Notes under the pieces: model-generated
What the model was told of the DNA's origin: nothing
Seen by the model: only the letters and a program-made list of their open reading frames with translations
Databases searched by the model: none
Position numbers and translations under genes: made by a program
Shown: one piece after another, positions 50,361 through 63,340 of the stretch
How the letters are laid out: each line of letters opens with the position of its first letter
Numbering within the stretch: position 1 is the first letter of the stretch
DNA from: Hemiscyllium ocellatum
Lineage: Eukaryota
Assembly (NCBI RefSeq): GCF_020745735.1
Contig: NC_083449.1
Coordinates: 10,142,923-10,206,922 of the forward strand
DNA: 64,000 nt
Direction: 5' to 3'

Positions 50361-51641
50361 TTTCAGCAATGAGAGTATATGTGTGACTACCATTCTCTCC
50401 CTGTCAGCCTCTGCAATGTGAATATTTGGAAGCAGTTTAGTCAGTTTCTGCTGTGTGGCAGTGAGAGGTAAAGTCCTTAATCTGTACTAACCACTTTGTA
50501 CTCTTGTGGGCCAATTTGACTTAATTCTCTGGCAGCCACTAACATTCTCCGTGACTGTGGTTTACTTCGTGAGAGAAGGTATGAGATGTTTCATTAACAT
50601 ATCGGGATACTTTTGAAATGTGAAATGAAGAGATTGCAATACTTGACGCTTGGTTTTGTTTCTGCCAGTTCTTCAGGTCCAGAAAATATATTTTTTTAAA
50701 AAAAGGGTAGAAAGAAACAGATGCGGTTCGGCAAATGAATGAATGAGAAAGATTGTCTGAAATATACATTTGTAACCTAATTAACAGGTATTGGTGATTT
50801 CTCATCTGAACAACGTCCTCCTTTCTTATACATCATTCTTTTATGCAAAACATACTTCGTTATCTGTGAATCGGCGGGCTTTTCAAATTGGAAAGAAAGC
50901 TGTTGATGATTTGGCGTTGGCTTCGAGAGAAGAGAACGTGCCCTCTCTTGGGAACATATTAAACGTTAGTGAATCTTCTTTCTGTTTGCTGCTATTTGCT
51001 CAAGTGACTCCCTGTTTGATTATTCCGGGAGCTACAAGCCCCGGTTGGGGTATAAGCCCTGAGATTGATCATACGTTCCCCTTTTCTTACAGACCCATGG
51101 GTAGATACATTGAACACTGATTTTTCAACTTACAAAACTCCGCGGGGTTCTGTTGGGTGGCAGAATGTTCTAAATGGGGCTTTCTGCTGCGGTTAGAAGC
51201 TTTCAAAATGAACCGAGATCAAACCAGAACAGCTGCCGGACTAGAATAGTTAATGTGGAGCTTTTGCAATAAGGGAGCACGGTATTAAAATAATATCAGA
51301 AGACGTTGTTCGTTATTAATACGCTCACGGCGAAGAACGTTCGTGAAATCCTCACAGAGCTGAATGAAGACATTCGGCCCATCGAGTCTGAACTTGCCCT
51401 CCAAAGAGCAATTTAGATCCTTCAAACAGCTCATGGGCTCACTTCTCCTAAAGAGAGACTGTGTGAACTGTACTTTTATAATCTAAAAGCAAATTAACGA
51501 TGAAGTACGAAAGCATTGTTGTCTATAAAACTCCCTTCTCTAATCTACATCTCGGTGAGATGTCCAAATCTGAAGGAAAACGGTTGATGATTTGGCGCCA
51601 TGTATTCCCGCCTGCCTTCTCAGCAATGATCATACAGTAGT

Positions 51642-51825
51642 CATGGTTTGGAGATGCCGGTGTTGGACTGGGGTGGACAAAGCTAAAAGTCACACAACAC
51701 CAAGATATAATCCAGCAGGTTTAATTGAAAGCACTAGCTTTCGGAGCGCCGCTCCTTCATGACAACCACCAACTAAATCTATTGGTTAGAAGCTTTCAAA
51801 AGCCTTGTGGTTTGTGATTTTTAAA
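51642..51825 (-). mobile_element. Penelope family B terminal fragment
   Basis: Matches 25056-25170; flanking repeat caatgatcataYagt. Confidence 0.7.
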
Positions 51826-52490
51826 CAATGATCATATAGTTACATCTAGTGGGAACGCCAAGGGAGACAATTAGAAGAGAAGGGATTTAATCCGGAATAC
51901 TCCACTACCTTAACATATGATGTACAAATTACATTGCAGTTTGTATTCTTTTCACTGCCGCTGAATGTATTACTCACTGGTGTTTAACATGCTCACTTTC
52001 TCTCTCGGAATAAAGACTCGGTCTCGAAAAATTGACTCACTGGTGAATTTTTTTTCAGATGCAAATTAGGAAAGGGAGCAAGGAACGATTGGACTTTTTT
52101 TGTAATAAAAACAAATCACCGAATAAGAATTCACGCATTCTCCTCTGGCATTTTGGCGGGATTTTCAATTCGAAATAAAAACGTTTGATCTCTCGGCGCC
52201 AAATCTTCTCCCGCGCACTTCTCCACAAGGAGAACACATGTTAACACCGCGATAAACAGTGAGGAGAGAGGGCTTTTGTTGGGGGAATTCTTAATTGTCT
52301 AGTAAAATTACAAATCTCTAATACCATACTATAATAAATTCTGCCATCACCGAAGACTTCGGCCGCTGTATTTTAATTGGCGCTGACTGACTCCAAATCA
52401 ATACTTTACTCAATCCCTATTTACTTCACAGTTTTACAATTACAATATTAATGTACCACATCGTTTCCCGCTCTCTCTCGATGGTTTAGT

Positions 52491-52506
52491 GGCTCTGAAA
52501 AGAGCC
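52491..52506 (-). terminator. Histone 3' stem-loop (H3)
   Basis: GGCTCTTTTCAGAGCC on the minus strand. Confidence 0.97.
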
Positions 52507-52560
52507 GTTGTGTTTCTCTCTCTCTCTCGGGGTGAATGTGCAGGGCCGGCCAGGCTCCGT

Positions 52561-52977
<417 letters not shown>

Positions 52978-53931
52978 CTACTCTCTGTAACACACACAGG
53001 CTGCTGCTGTCAATGCTGAGGCTGCTGCGGTGCTGCCTGTTTAAGGGAATGGAGAGCCCGCCCTAGAGCTGGGATTGGATACAGCCCTGTCCCTCAGCCC
53101 ACAGAGAAACACCTCCGGAAGGGACAGAAAGGGCAGGACAAGAATTGTTGGAATCTGATTGGTTCAATTGGGATGTCAGTTGGTCAATTTGAAAATGCCC
53201 GCCGAACTCACCCTCACAAACACTGAAATTAAATTAAACATTCAAACGTAAAACGCCATAAGTCTGCAACTAAAATAAAATTTAATACTTCGTAGTATTT
53301 CTTCAAAACCTACTTAGTGTCAGCGCAGACAGGAGGCAGGATCATTGCCTGATCTGTCTGTAACAGGCGGGAGGAAAGGCGGGGTTTGAAACAGCCCAGA
53401 CAAACTGATCAACCGAATTTGTACCGGCCGTGATTCAATCTAAACAACCCCGCCAATTTAAACATCTTAAAAGCTAATGCAGTGTCCACCGATAAAAGGA
53501 CAGAATATCACTTTATCCGTTATTTTTATTGCCCCCAGATTGTAATTAGCCCGAAGACAATGTGGAATTGCTGCCTGAACTGTCTGTAACAGGCAGATGG
53601 AAGGAACACGCCATGAAAACATGCGCAGCGTCCCAGAATCAAAACTGAACAAAGTAACATTCCTGAACGGGTCAGTGAAATACAAACACTACAATATGTC
53701 ACACTCTTGACTGGGTAGGGTTATAAATAGCGAAGTGAAATAACCAAGTGGAGATCAATAAACCTTCCCTATGTGATACCTTCCCCATTCACAGGTCTCC
53801 GCTCTCGTAAACCATGGCATGAATGTGTATTCGATTTATTCAGATCAATTAATATCTAGGGTAGGTCTGCGCTCGGCGCCGGGACAGGGAACATTGGATC
53901 AGGGCTCAGCTCTTTCCTGAGACATGTGGGT

Positions 53932-53947
53932 GGCTCTGATAAGAGCC
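53932..53947 (-). terminator. Histone 3' stem-loop (H1 pseudogene)
   Basis: GGCTCT-TATC-AGAGCC, ACCCA, HDE ggaaagagctg. Confidence 0.95.
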
Positions 53948-53983
53948 TTTGGCCTCAGATGGGTATATATTATACCAAGTGGT

Positions 53984-54530
53984 CCATTTCTTTGCTGCTG
54001 TCTTGGTCACTTTCGCTTTGGGCTTGGCCTTGCCTTTAGCCGGTTTGCTGAGGGGTTTGGGGGCTTTAGGACCCTTGGCCTTTTTCACCTTCTTCACGGG
54101 AGTGCGTTTCTTTGGCGCTGCTTTGCTCACCGCTTTCTTTGGCGGTGCCGTCTTCTTGCCGCTCGCTTTCTTGGCTGGGAATTTCTTCACGGCCGGTTTC
54201 TTGGCGGCCGCTGATGTTCCCGCCTTCTTTCCCGCTTTTGCCTTGACTGGATTCTTTGGGAGTTTGAAGGAGCCGGAGACGCCCTGGCCCTTGACCAGAA
54301 CAAGGGAGCCGTTCGCCAGGCACCTCCTGATACTCATCTTGATCTGTGTCTTTCGCTTTCCCACATCGATCCCGCTTCTCTCCAGCCCCTTCTTTACTGC
54401 GGACAGAGGCGTCGCTTTGAGATCCTTGATATCCCCGACAACCTTCAGAATCAACTCTCCCAACCCGGGACCGGGTGGTTTTTTCCTGGGAGCCGCCGCC
54501 TTCTTCTTGGGAGCCTTGGCTTTGGTGGAG
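53984..54530 (-). pseudogene. H1: Histone H1 pseudogene (5'-truncated, stop TGA changed to TGG)
   Basis: Homology to the first H1 ends near 54530 with no ATG or promoter; the ancestral stop position 53984-53986 reads TGG. Confidence 0.9.
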
Positions 54531-54560
54531 GAACCGTTTAGGTGGCTACACTTTCGCTCA

Positions 54561-55066
54561 TTTTTTTTAATTTCAAAAAATACACTTTATTCATAAAATA
54601 ACTTGGTGGTCTGTACCGTTGGTCATGCCATATATCCGTAACATTTGCATACAGAGATCAGAATTTGTCATTCATATATACAGGTCTGTACATTTTTCAA
54701 TCATATATCCATATATTTAGCTGAGACGTCAGCGGATGCCAAATGACTGCCCCCTCTTCTTTGGCAGGCAGATGTTACACGGTGGTCTTTCCTCAACACG
54801 TAGTCGTGGACCTTGGAATGTGCCATCTGCAACACTCAGTCGGGGTCAACTGCTTCACCTGGAAGATCAACAGGTTTCGGACCGCCCAGAGAGCGTCCTT
54901 CACCGAGTTGATGATCCTCCAGGCAGAGTTGACGTCCGTCTCGCGTCCGGGGGACAGACCGTAGAGCACGGAGTCCCGTGACACGGCGCTGTGCAGGACG
55001 AACGACAAACACCACTGCATTCCTCTCCAGACTTCTTCTGCATAGGCACATTCCAGAAGGAGATTT
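54561..55066 (-). mobile_element. L1/Tx1-clade LINE 3' fragment
   Basis: LLLECAYAEEVWRGMQW...KDALWAVRNLLIF (end of the ORF2 C-terminal zinc-knuckle region), AATAAA and an A-rich tail at 54561-54595. Confidence 0.75.
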
Positions 55067-57249
55067 GGTATTTTTAATTTACGATCAATATGAACAAATT
55101 GATCATGCTGTTACACTGTTATAACAATATGAAGTAGATATTGAGTTCAGATGTAGAAGCAAAATTGGACATTTATGAGTAATTGAGCAGGACAAAATTA
55201 TTCTTTTGATAAATCGTTGTCCTGTACAAAGACAATAATCAATGTAAATTTCAAATGAACCTCTTGGTCAAGCCGGATCTCCAGAGGATGTTTCTGGAGA
55301 GGATGCTTAAGCTCATTCACATACGTACATATACATCTGTGTCTGTCCCTGTCTCTCTCATTCTCACTCTCAGCCTGGTGTTGATGAAAGCACACTTGAT
55401 GCGCGCTCCCATTCTGCCTGAGGGCCTCAGTAATGCAGAAGCATTTCCATACTTTTTTAATGTATGGAACACTGATTGATAAGACATTAAACCCACCTCA
55501 TAAAGTGTATCAAGTCATGACATGTAGAACTGGAATCACATAGAGACATACAGACAATGTTGGTGTTATATAGACCAGTACCACTCTTCAAAGTGATACA
55601 GATTGGTGCACAACAGAAACCTCACTCTCACTCAGCCAGTTAATGGTAAAAGGGGAGAAAAAGTGCAATTTAGGCCCATAATTACTTCCAGATATGGACA
55701 GTCATAAATTGACTGACCAAATAATTAATCGCTTCAGAAGATGTTAGTGTTAGATGTTACATTATTGTAGTGCCCAGCAGCAACTGCCAAAGACTACTGC
55801 ACACACAAAATATAAAAAGAAAACTGAAATTGAATACAGTAAAATTCAGATTCTTGGCAAAGATAAGTATTGAACCAACATTAATCCCTCAATCGCACAG
55901 ATTTATCAAATAATGAATGGGTTTATCCTACACCCTGCTGAAAAAACACAACTGAACATAGAAAGAGAATGGCATCCATATACTCAACTTGTCACTGTTG
56001 CACAGAGAGCAAAACTGGCACTCTAGGCATTCAAAGGCCGATAACTGCAGTACTAATCTCAAATTGGCATTTACACCGAGACACTGGCAGTGAGTGAAAA
56101 AAGATTAGAATCCCAATAATTAGTGGAAACTCTTATGGAGAACAGAATAAGAATAGAATGTCCCAGTGCAGACACAATAGGCTGAATGGCTGTACCAATT
56201 CTGTGATTGAGTCATAAATCACAAAATGCATAAGAGATTAAGGCCCATCTCAACACCCTGAACACTATTATCACAGATTGAATCACAGTCACAGAATTTT
56301 ATTTTCTAATTCATTCATGGGATGGGGGCATCACTGACTCGGCTAGCATTTATTGCCCATCTCTAACTACCCCTGCAGCCACGTTGATGTGGGTCTGCAG
56401 TCACATGCAGGCCAGACAAGGGAAGGATGTCAGTTTCCTTCAATCAAGGACATTACTGAACCAGATGAGTTTTTCTGGCAATCAACAATAGATTCATGGA
56501 CATCTGTAGACTCTTAGAATATTATTGGCTGCCAGAGAATTAAACAAATTTGATATATAAGAGTTGAAAGTGACTGGAACTCATTGAGAACTTCACTCTC
56601 ACAGTCACACAGCAGAAACTGGCATGTATAGATCAATTCCTAAATTCACACATGGACACAGCAGAAATTGACATGTATACATCAAGTCCTAAACACTCAT
56701 ATGGACAAAACCCAAACTGACAGGTATCGATTAATATCTGCTCTCACATATTCACGTTGCGGCAACTAAAAGGGAGAGAAAAATAATCATGCACATACAC
56801 ATATAACAGGTACAGGTTGATAACTAGACTAACACATTCGCATAGCAAAACCTGACAGGTACAGTATGATCAATGAATTTGCACATTTATAAACAAGAAG
56901 CTGATAGATACAGATTAATAACTGCACTCTCAGATGCACAGAGCAGAATCTGACAGGGACAGGTTGGTAAATAACTCTCACATGCAGTTGGCAATAAATT
57001 TCAGAGAAAGATTGATAACTACACTCTCATTCATAAAGCAGAAACTGACAGGAATAGATTGATTATGCTCCCAATTTCAAATCACATGAATTGACGTGTA
57101 CACTTTGATAATGACATTCACATATTCACAGAGAAGAAACTGACAGGGAGAGATTGATAACAAAACAAAAATTAGTGGAAAATTCACAGGTCTGGCAGTG
57201 TTTCAGGTCTAGTGACTAGTCCTCGGAACTGAGGCTGGCAAAGATGATG

Positions 57250-57500
57250 CACACAATGTGGTCTCCTCGATGTTGGGGAAACTGAGTGTAGACTGGGTGT
57301 CCTCTGTGCAGGACGCCTACATTCTGTCCAAACAAAGAGACCCTGAGCTTCCAGTTGCCTTCCATTTAAACACACCACCATGCTCCCTGGCCAAGATCTC
57401 TGTCTCAGGCTTGCTGTATTGCTCCAGCAAAGCTCAGTGAAAGCTGGAAGAACAGCACCTCATTTTCTGCTTGGGATCTCGACAGCCTTCTGGACTCAAC
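57250..57500 (+). mobile_element. Old Penelope-like GIY-YIG fragment
   Basis: PELPVAFHLN.P..S...ISVSGL...KLEEQHLIF.LG..QP.GLN pattern. Confidence 0.65.
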
Positions 57501-58239
57501 AAGTACAGGACTTGAAATCTGACAGTTATCCACTCCTTTCTCTGTCCTATTGTTCTTCGTTCTTTGGACTCTATCTCCATCTGACTTTTACTCATCACCC
57601 TTCCATCCACCCTATCTTCCATATAAAAACTAATATTTTCCTAGCTACCACCAGAAAATACAGCAGTTTGAATACACCACCCAACAAACTCAAGTACAGC
57701 TTCTCTGCTGTTATCAGACTTTTGAATGGACTGCTCAAATTTTAAAGGAGAAAGTGGGTACTGCAGATGCTGGCGATTCGAGTTAAGATTAGAGTGATGC
57801 TGGAAAAGCACAGCAGGACAGGCAGTACCCAAGGAGCAGGAAAACTGACATTTCTGACATTCCTGATGAAAGGCTTTTGCCTGAAACATCGCTTTTCCTG
57901 CTCTTCGGATGCTGCCTGACCTGTTATGCTTTTCCAGCACCACTCTAATCTTGGTCAAACTTTAACGTTAATCTCTCTCTCTTTGCAGCTTTAATATTGT
58001 GTTGCTGATTCTGTTCTATTACCATGATGCATTTTGTATGATATTATCTGCCTGTAAAGCACGCAAAACAATACTTTCCATTGTATCTCAGTGCATGTGA
58101 GAATAATAAATCAGATCAAATCAAATAGATAACCATACTCTCAGAGAGCAGAATCTGAGAGGTACAGGTTGATAACTACAGTCGCACAAACTGACAGGAA
58201 AAGATTAATAAATATACTCGAACACTGACATTACAGAGC

Positions 58240-58461
58240 TGAAAATGTGTTGCTGGTTAAAGCACAGCAGGTCAGGCAGCATCCAAGGAACAGGAAATTC
58301 GACGTTTCGGGCCGGAGCCCTTCATCAGGAATTCCTGATGAAGGGCTCCGGCCCGAAACATCGAATTTCCTGTTCCTTGGATGCTGCCTGACCTGCTGTG
58401 CTTTAACCAGCAACACATTTTCAGCTCTGATCTCCAGCATCTGCAGACCTCACTTTTTACT
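58240..58461. mobile_element. Young Penelope family A foldback insertion with back-to-back hammerheads
   Basis: 98-bp inverted arms (58234-58331, 58332-58429) with one mismatch, 17-bp TSD cactgacattacagagc, empty site near 15626-15643. Confidence 0.9.
58297..58332 (-). ncRNA. Minimal hammerhead ribozyme (family A), intact
   Basis: ATTC-CTGATGA-A-GGGC(tccg)GCCC-GAA-ACGT-C-GAAT; the plus-strand mirror at 58331-58366 has ACAT instead of ACGT. Confidence 0.8.
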
Positions 58462-59887
58462 CACTGACATTACAGAGCCTGACAGAGAAAGATGGATAAC
58501 TAAACTCTAACATTCACAAAGCAGAAACTGATAGCGACAGGTGAAATCTCAGCTCTCACATTCCCATAGTAAAAACTGGAAGGATTGACAATTACATAAA
58601 CATATTCACCAAGCAGAAACTGACAGCTACAGATTGACAACTATATTTATGTATTCACATGGCAGAGTTTGAAAGGTACAGATTGACAACTACACTCACT
58701 TTGACAAAGAAGAAATTGACAGGTAGAGAGTGATAACTGTACTCCCACATTCACATCACTGAAACTGACAGCTACAGTTTGATTAATACATCCATATTCA
58801 CAGAGCAGAATGTGATCAATAACTGTATTCACATATTGACAGGGAAGAAACCGACCAGGACAGATTGGTCTCTACACTCTCATATTTACATAGTCGAAAC
58901 AGGTTAAAAATGATACTCTGGTGTCAAATAGCAAAACCTGACCAGTACTGTTTGATTACTGCACTCACATATTGATATAGCTTAAACTTACAGGTAGAGA
59001 TCAATAGCTACATTCACACAGAAGGAAGTGATGGGTACAAATTCATGGCATTTAATATTCGTACAGCAGAAACTGACAGGTAGAAACTAATAGCGAAACT
59101 CACATGATCATAACTGAAACTGACAGGTTCAGGTTGATAACTACACTCTCAGACACACAGCAGAAACTGTTCTGGACAGATTGATAAGCAAATACACACA
59201 TTCACAGGGCAGAAACTGACAGGTATATATAGATAACTAAACTCGCATATCCACATCGGAGAAACACATAGGGACTGATCCTATTTATTTGAAATGTATG
59301 AAATGTCAGTCCCTGGCAGTTTCCTCTATGTGGATACACGAGTTCAGTTATCAATCTGCACCTGTCGGTTTATGTTCTGAGAAAGTATGAGTGTAGTTAT
59401 CAGTCTGTCCCTATTTGTCTTTGTGATGAGAAAATGTAAATATATTTACCAGAGAGTGACAGGGACAGATTCATAACTGCATTCACTCACCTGTATGCAC
59501 AGATTATACTGATTGTAATTATCAAACTGTAATTATCACTCAGATATTTACAGAGCAACATTTAACAGGTACATCTTGATAATTGTTCTCACACATTAAC
59601 TGAGCAGGAACTGACAACTATGGATAGATAAGCAATCTTTCATATCCAGACATGCACTCGCATTAGATTATCCCATTTGTAGAGGTGTCGGTTAGTATCT
59701 GGTCCTCAGTGAATTGGTACAGATTTTTTTGATACAGTCACCAAAGAGCAGCTCAAGTCTAGAATAGAATTAGCCCTGTGGCCCTGTTGGAATTGCTGTC
59801 TTGAAGGAAAAACAGCTTAATGATTATTAAATTATTACATTGATTTAATGTTGATATACAAATGATGTCTCTTCTGTCTTCCTCCAG

Positions 59888-59967
59888 ACAACTACTTGAA
59901 GGACCAAGACAGTGTAATATCCTTGGTACAAAGCCAAGTGTGATCAGTTCCTTCTAACAAACAGCAG
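59888..59967 (+). other. Putative internal exon (80 nt), copy C
   Basis: Acceptor tctcttctgtcttcctccag and donor CAG|GTATGT. Confidence 0.5.
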
Positions 59968-60179
59968 GTATGTTACTGCAGTCAGACTGAAGAACATCCT
60001 TTCTGTAGTTACAGAGCAGATTGAATTAAACACACATTGACTCAATTTCCAGAGAGAAATTTTCAAATCAATAGGAATCATATCACAGAAGAATTACAAT
60101 TCTTTTTCTCCCTCACCATTCTTTATGTACATTACCCCATTTGCCAATAATAGTTACAATTCACAGCCATAGAATTATA

Positions 60180-63100
60180 AAGATGTACAGCATATGTAAA
60201 GATATCTAAAACTAATCTTGTCCTGTTTGGCAGCACTTCAGTGCCCAGATAACTTTCAAATTTTGGAATTGTTCCAGCCTCCAGCACTTCCTCTGGCAGC
60301 TCATTCCATATACACACCACCACCTGCATAAAAACGTTGCCCCTTAGGTCTCTTTTAAATCTTTTCCCTCTCACCTGAAACCTATGCCCTCTAGTTCTGG
60401 ACTCCCCCAACTCAGGGAAAATACCTTCTCTATTTCACCTATCCATGACCCTCCTGATTTTATAAAGGTCAGAATTTTGTAAAGGTTATAAAATTCTATA
60501 AGGTCACCCCTCAGCCCCCAACACTCCAGGGAAAACAGGCCCAACTTCTTCAGCCTTCTTTTTCGCTCAAGTACGCCAATCCTGGTAACAAGCTTGTAAA
60601 TCTTTTCTGAATGTTTCATGTTTCACAACATCCTTCCGATAGGAAGGAGACCAGAATTGGACATAATATTCGAATAGCGGCCAAACCAATTACCTGTATA
60701 GCCGCAACATGACACAGATGCTGGAAACCAGATTCTGGATTAGTGGTGCTGGAAGAGCACACCAGTCCAGGCATCAGGATTCCTGATGAAGGACTTTTGC
60801 CCAAAACAGCAATTTTACTGCTCCTCGGATGCTGCCTGAACTGATGTGCTCTTCCAGCACCACTAATCCAGGACCCCTATATTCTATGTTTTGACCAATA
60901 AAGAAGAGCATACTAAATGCCTTCTGAATTATCTTATCGACCAGCAATTCTACTTTCAAGGAACTATTAACCTGCACTCTATGGTCTTTTTGTTCAGTAA
61001 TACTCCCCAGGACCTTACTATTAAGTGTATAACTCCTGCCTTAATTTGCCTTTCCAAAATGAAGCACTACAAATTTATCTGAATGAAACTTCATCTGCCA
61101 CTGCTCAGCCCAGTGGGCCCATCTGATCATGTCCTGTTGTACTCTGAGGGAACCTTCTTTGCTGTCCACTACTATGACAATTTTCATGCCTTCTGCAAAC
61201 CTTTTATGTTCACATTCAAATCATTCATGTAAGTGATGAAAAGCAGTGAACCCAGCACCAATCCTTATGCTCATGGCAGATCACAGGTCTCCAGTCTGAA
61301 AGGTAACCCTCCACCACCACCCTCTGTCTTCCATATTCAAGTCAATTCTGTGTCCAAATTGCTAGTTCTCCTTTATTTTCATGTGATCTGACCTTGCTAA
61401 CCAGTTTACAATGTGGAAACTTGTCAAACGTCTTACTGGAGTCCACATAGATCACGTCCAATGCTCTACCCTAATCAATCATCAAGTCAGAGACGGACAG
61501 CATGGAAACAGACACTTCAGTCCAACTTGTCCATGCCAACCAGCTATTGCAACCCAATCTAGTCCACGTGCCAGCATCCAGTCCATATCCCTCCAAACCA
61601 TTTCTATTCATACATGAATTCAGATGTTTTTTAAAATTTGCAATTGTACGAGCCTCCACCACTTCCTCTGGCAGCTCATTCCATGCATCTATCACCCTCT
61701 ACATGAAAACCTTGCCACTTAGGTCTCTTTTACATCATTTCCATCTCACCCTAAATGTGTGTCCTCTTGTTCGGGACTCCCCCATCCCAGGGAACATACC
61801 TTGTCTATTTCTCCTATCCATGCCCCTCATGGTTTTATAAACCTCTATAAGGTCACTCGTCAGCCTCCGACTCTCCAGGGAAAACTTCCCAGCCGATTCA
61901 ACTTCTCCTTCTAGCTCAAATCCACCAACCCTGGCAACATTCTTGTAAATTTTTTCTGAACAGCATCCTTCTGATAGGTCTCTTTGTTTAGCAACACTCG
62001 CTAGGACCTTAAGTGTATAAGTCCTGCTAAGATCTGTTTTCCAATAACTGCAGTACTTCGAATTAAACTCCATCTGCCACTCCTCAGCCCATTGGCCCAT
62101 CTGATCAAGATTCCATTGTAACCTGAGGTAACCTTCTTCACTGTCCACTACACTTCCAATTTTAGTGTCACCTGCAAACTTACTAACTGTACCTTTTATG
62201 CTCACATAAAAATCATTTCTATAAACAACGAAAAGTAGTGGATACAGCATCGATCCTTATAGCACTCCACTGTCACGGGCCTCCAGTCTGAAAAACAACC
62301 CTCCACTACCACCCTCTGTCTTCTACCTTTTGAGTTCTATATCCAAATGGCGAGTTCTCCCTGTATTCAGTGAGATCTAACCTTGCTAACCAATCTCTCA
62401 TGGGGAAATCCTCTTTGTTACTTCTTCAGAAAACTCAATTGAGTTTGTGAGTCATGGTTTCCTGTCTCAAATCAGTCCTTGCCTTTCAACATACACATAA
62501 ATTCTGTCCCTCAGGATTCCTTCCAGCATCTTGCTCAACACCAATGGCAGGCTTACCAGCCTAAAGTTCCCTGGCTTTTCCTTACCACCTTTCTTAAATA
62601 GTAGCACCACGTTAGCCAACCTCTAGTCTTCCCGACGCCTCATCTGTGACTATCCTGATAAAAATATCCCGGCAAGGGACTCAGCAATCACTTTGGTAAC
62701 TTCCCACAGAGTTCTAGCATATGCCTGATCAGGTCCTGGGGATTTATCCACATTTATGCATTTCAAGACATCCAGTACTTCTTCCTCTGTAATTTGGACA
62801 TCTTTCAAGATGTCACCATCTATTTCCCCACATTCTATATCTTCCATGTCCTTCTCCACAGTAAACAGTGATGCAAAATACTCTTTTAGTATCTCCCCCA
62901 TCTTCTGTGGCTATACACAAAGGCCGCCTTGCTGATCTTTGAGGGACCTTAATCTCTCCCTAGTTACCCTTTTGTCCTTAATGTATTCATAAAATCCCTT
63001 GGCATTTTCCTTAACCCTGTTTGCAAAAGTTATCTCATGCCCCCTTTTTGCCCTCCTGATTTCCCTCTTAATTATACTCCTACTGCCTTTTCCTCTTCTA

Positions 63101-63340
63101 AGGACTCACTTGATCTCTGCTGTCTATACCTGACATATGTTTCTTTCTTTCTCTGGACCAAAACATCAATTTCTACGTCATCCAGCATTCCCTCCACTTT
63201 CCAGACTTGCTGTTCCCCCTAACAGGAACAGACTGTCTCTGGACTCTTGTTATCTCATTTTTAAAGGTTTCCCATTTTCCAGCTATTCCTTTACCTGCAA
63301 GCATCTGCTGCCAATCAAAGTTTGAAAGTTCTTCCTAATA
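60180..63340 (-). mobile_element. Two stacked CR1 LINE fragments with a Penelope foldback insert (~60714-60870)
   Basis: KFAGDTKIGSVVDSEEG, MGESRTRGH, VDKSPGPDQ; paralogous to 11825-13920. Confidence 0.85.

Larger units (their letters stand above)
56580..59640 (-). repeat. Degenerate ~47-49 bp tandem array, copy C (inverted)
   Basis: gcagaaactgacaggtacagattgataactacactc units, collinear with the reverse complement of 14460-16620. Confidence 0.8.

Noticed and set aside
58231-58510. Identical peptides encoded on both strands
   Set aside because: A trivial consequence of the DNA palindrome.
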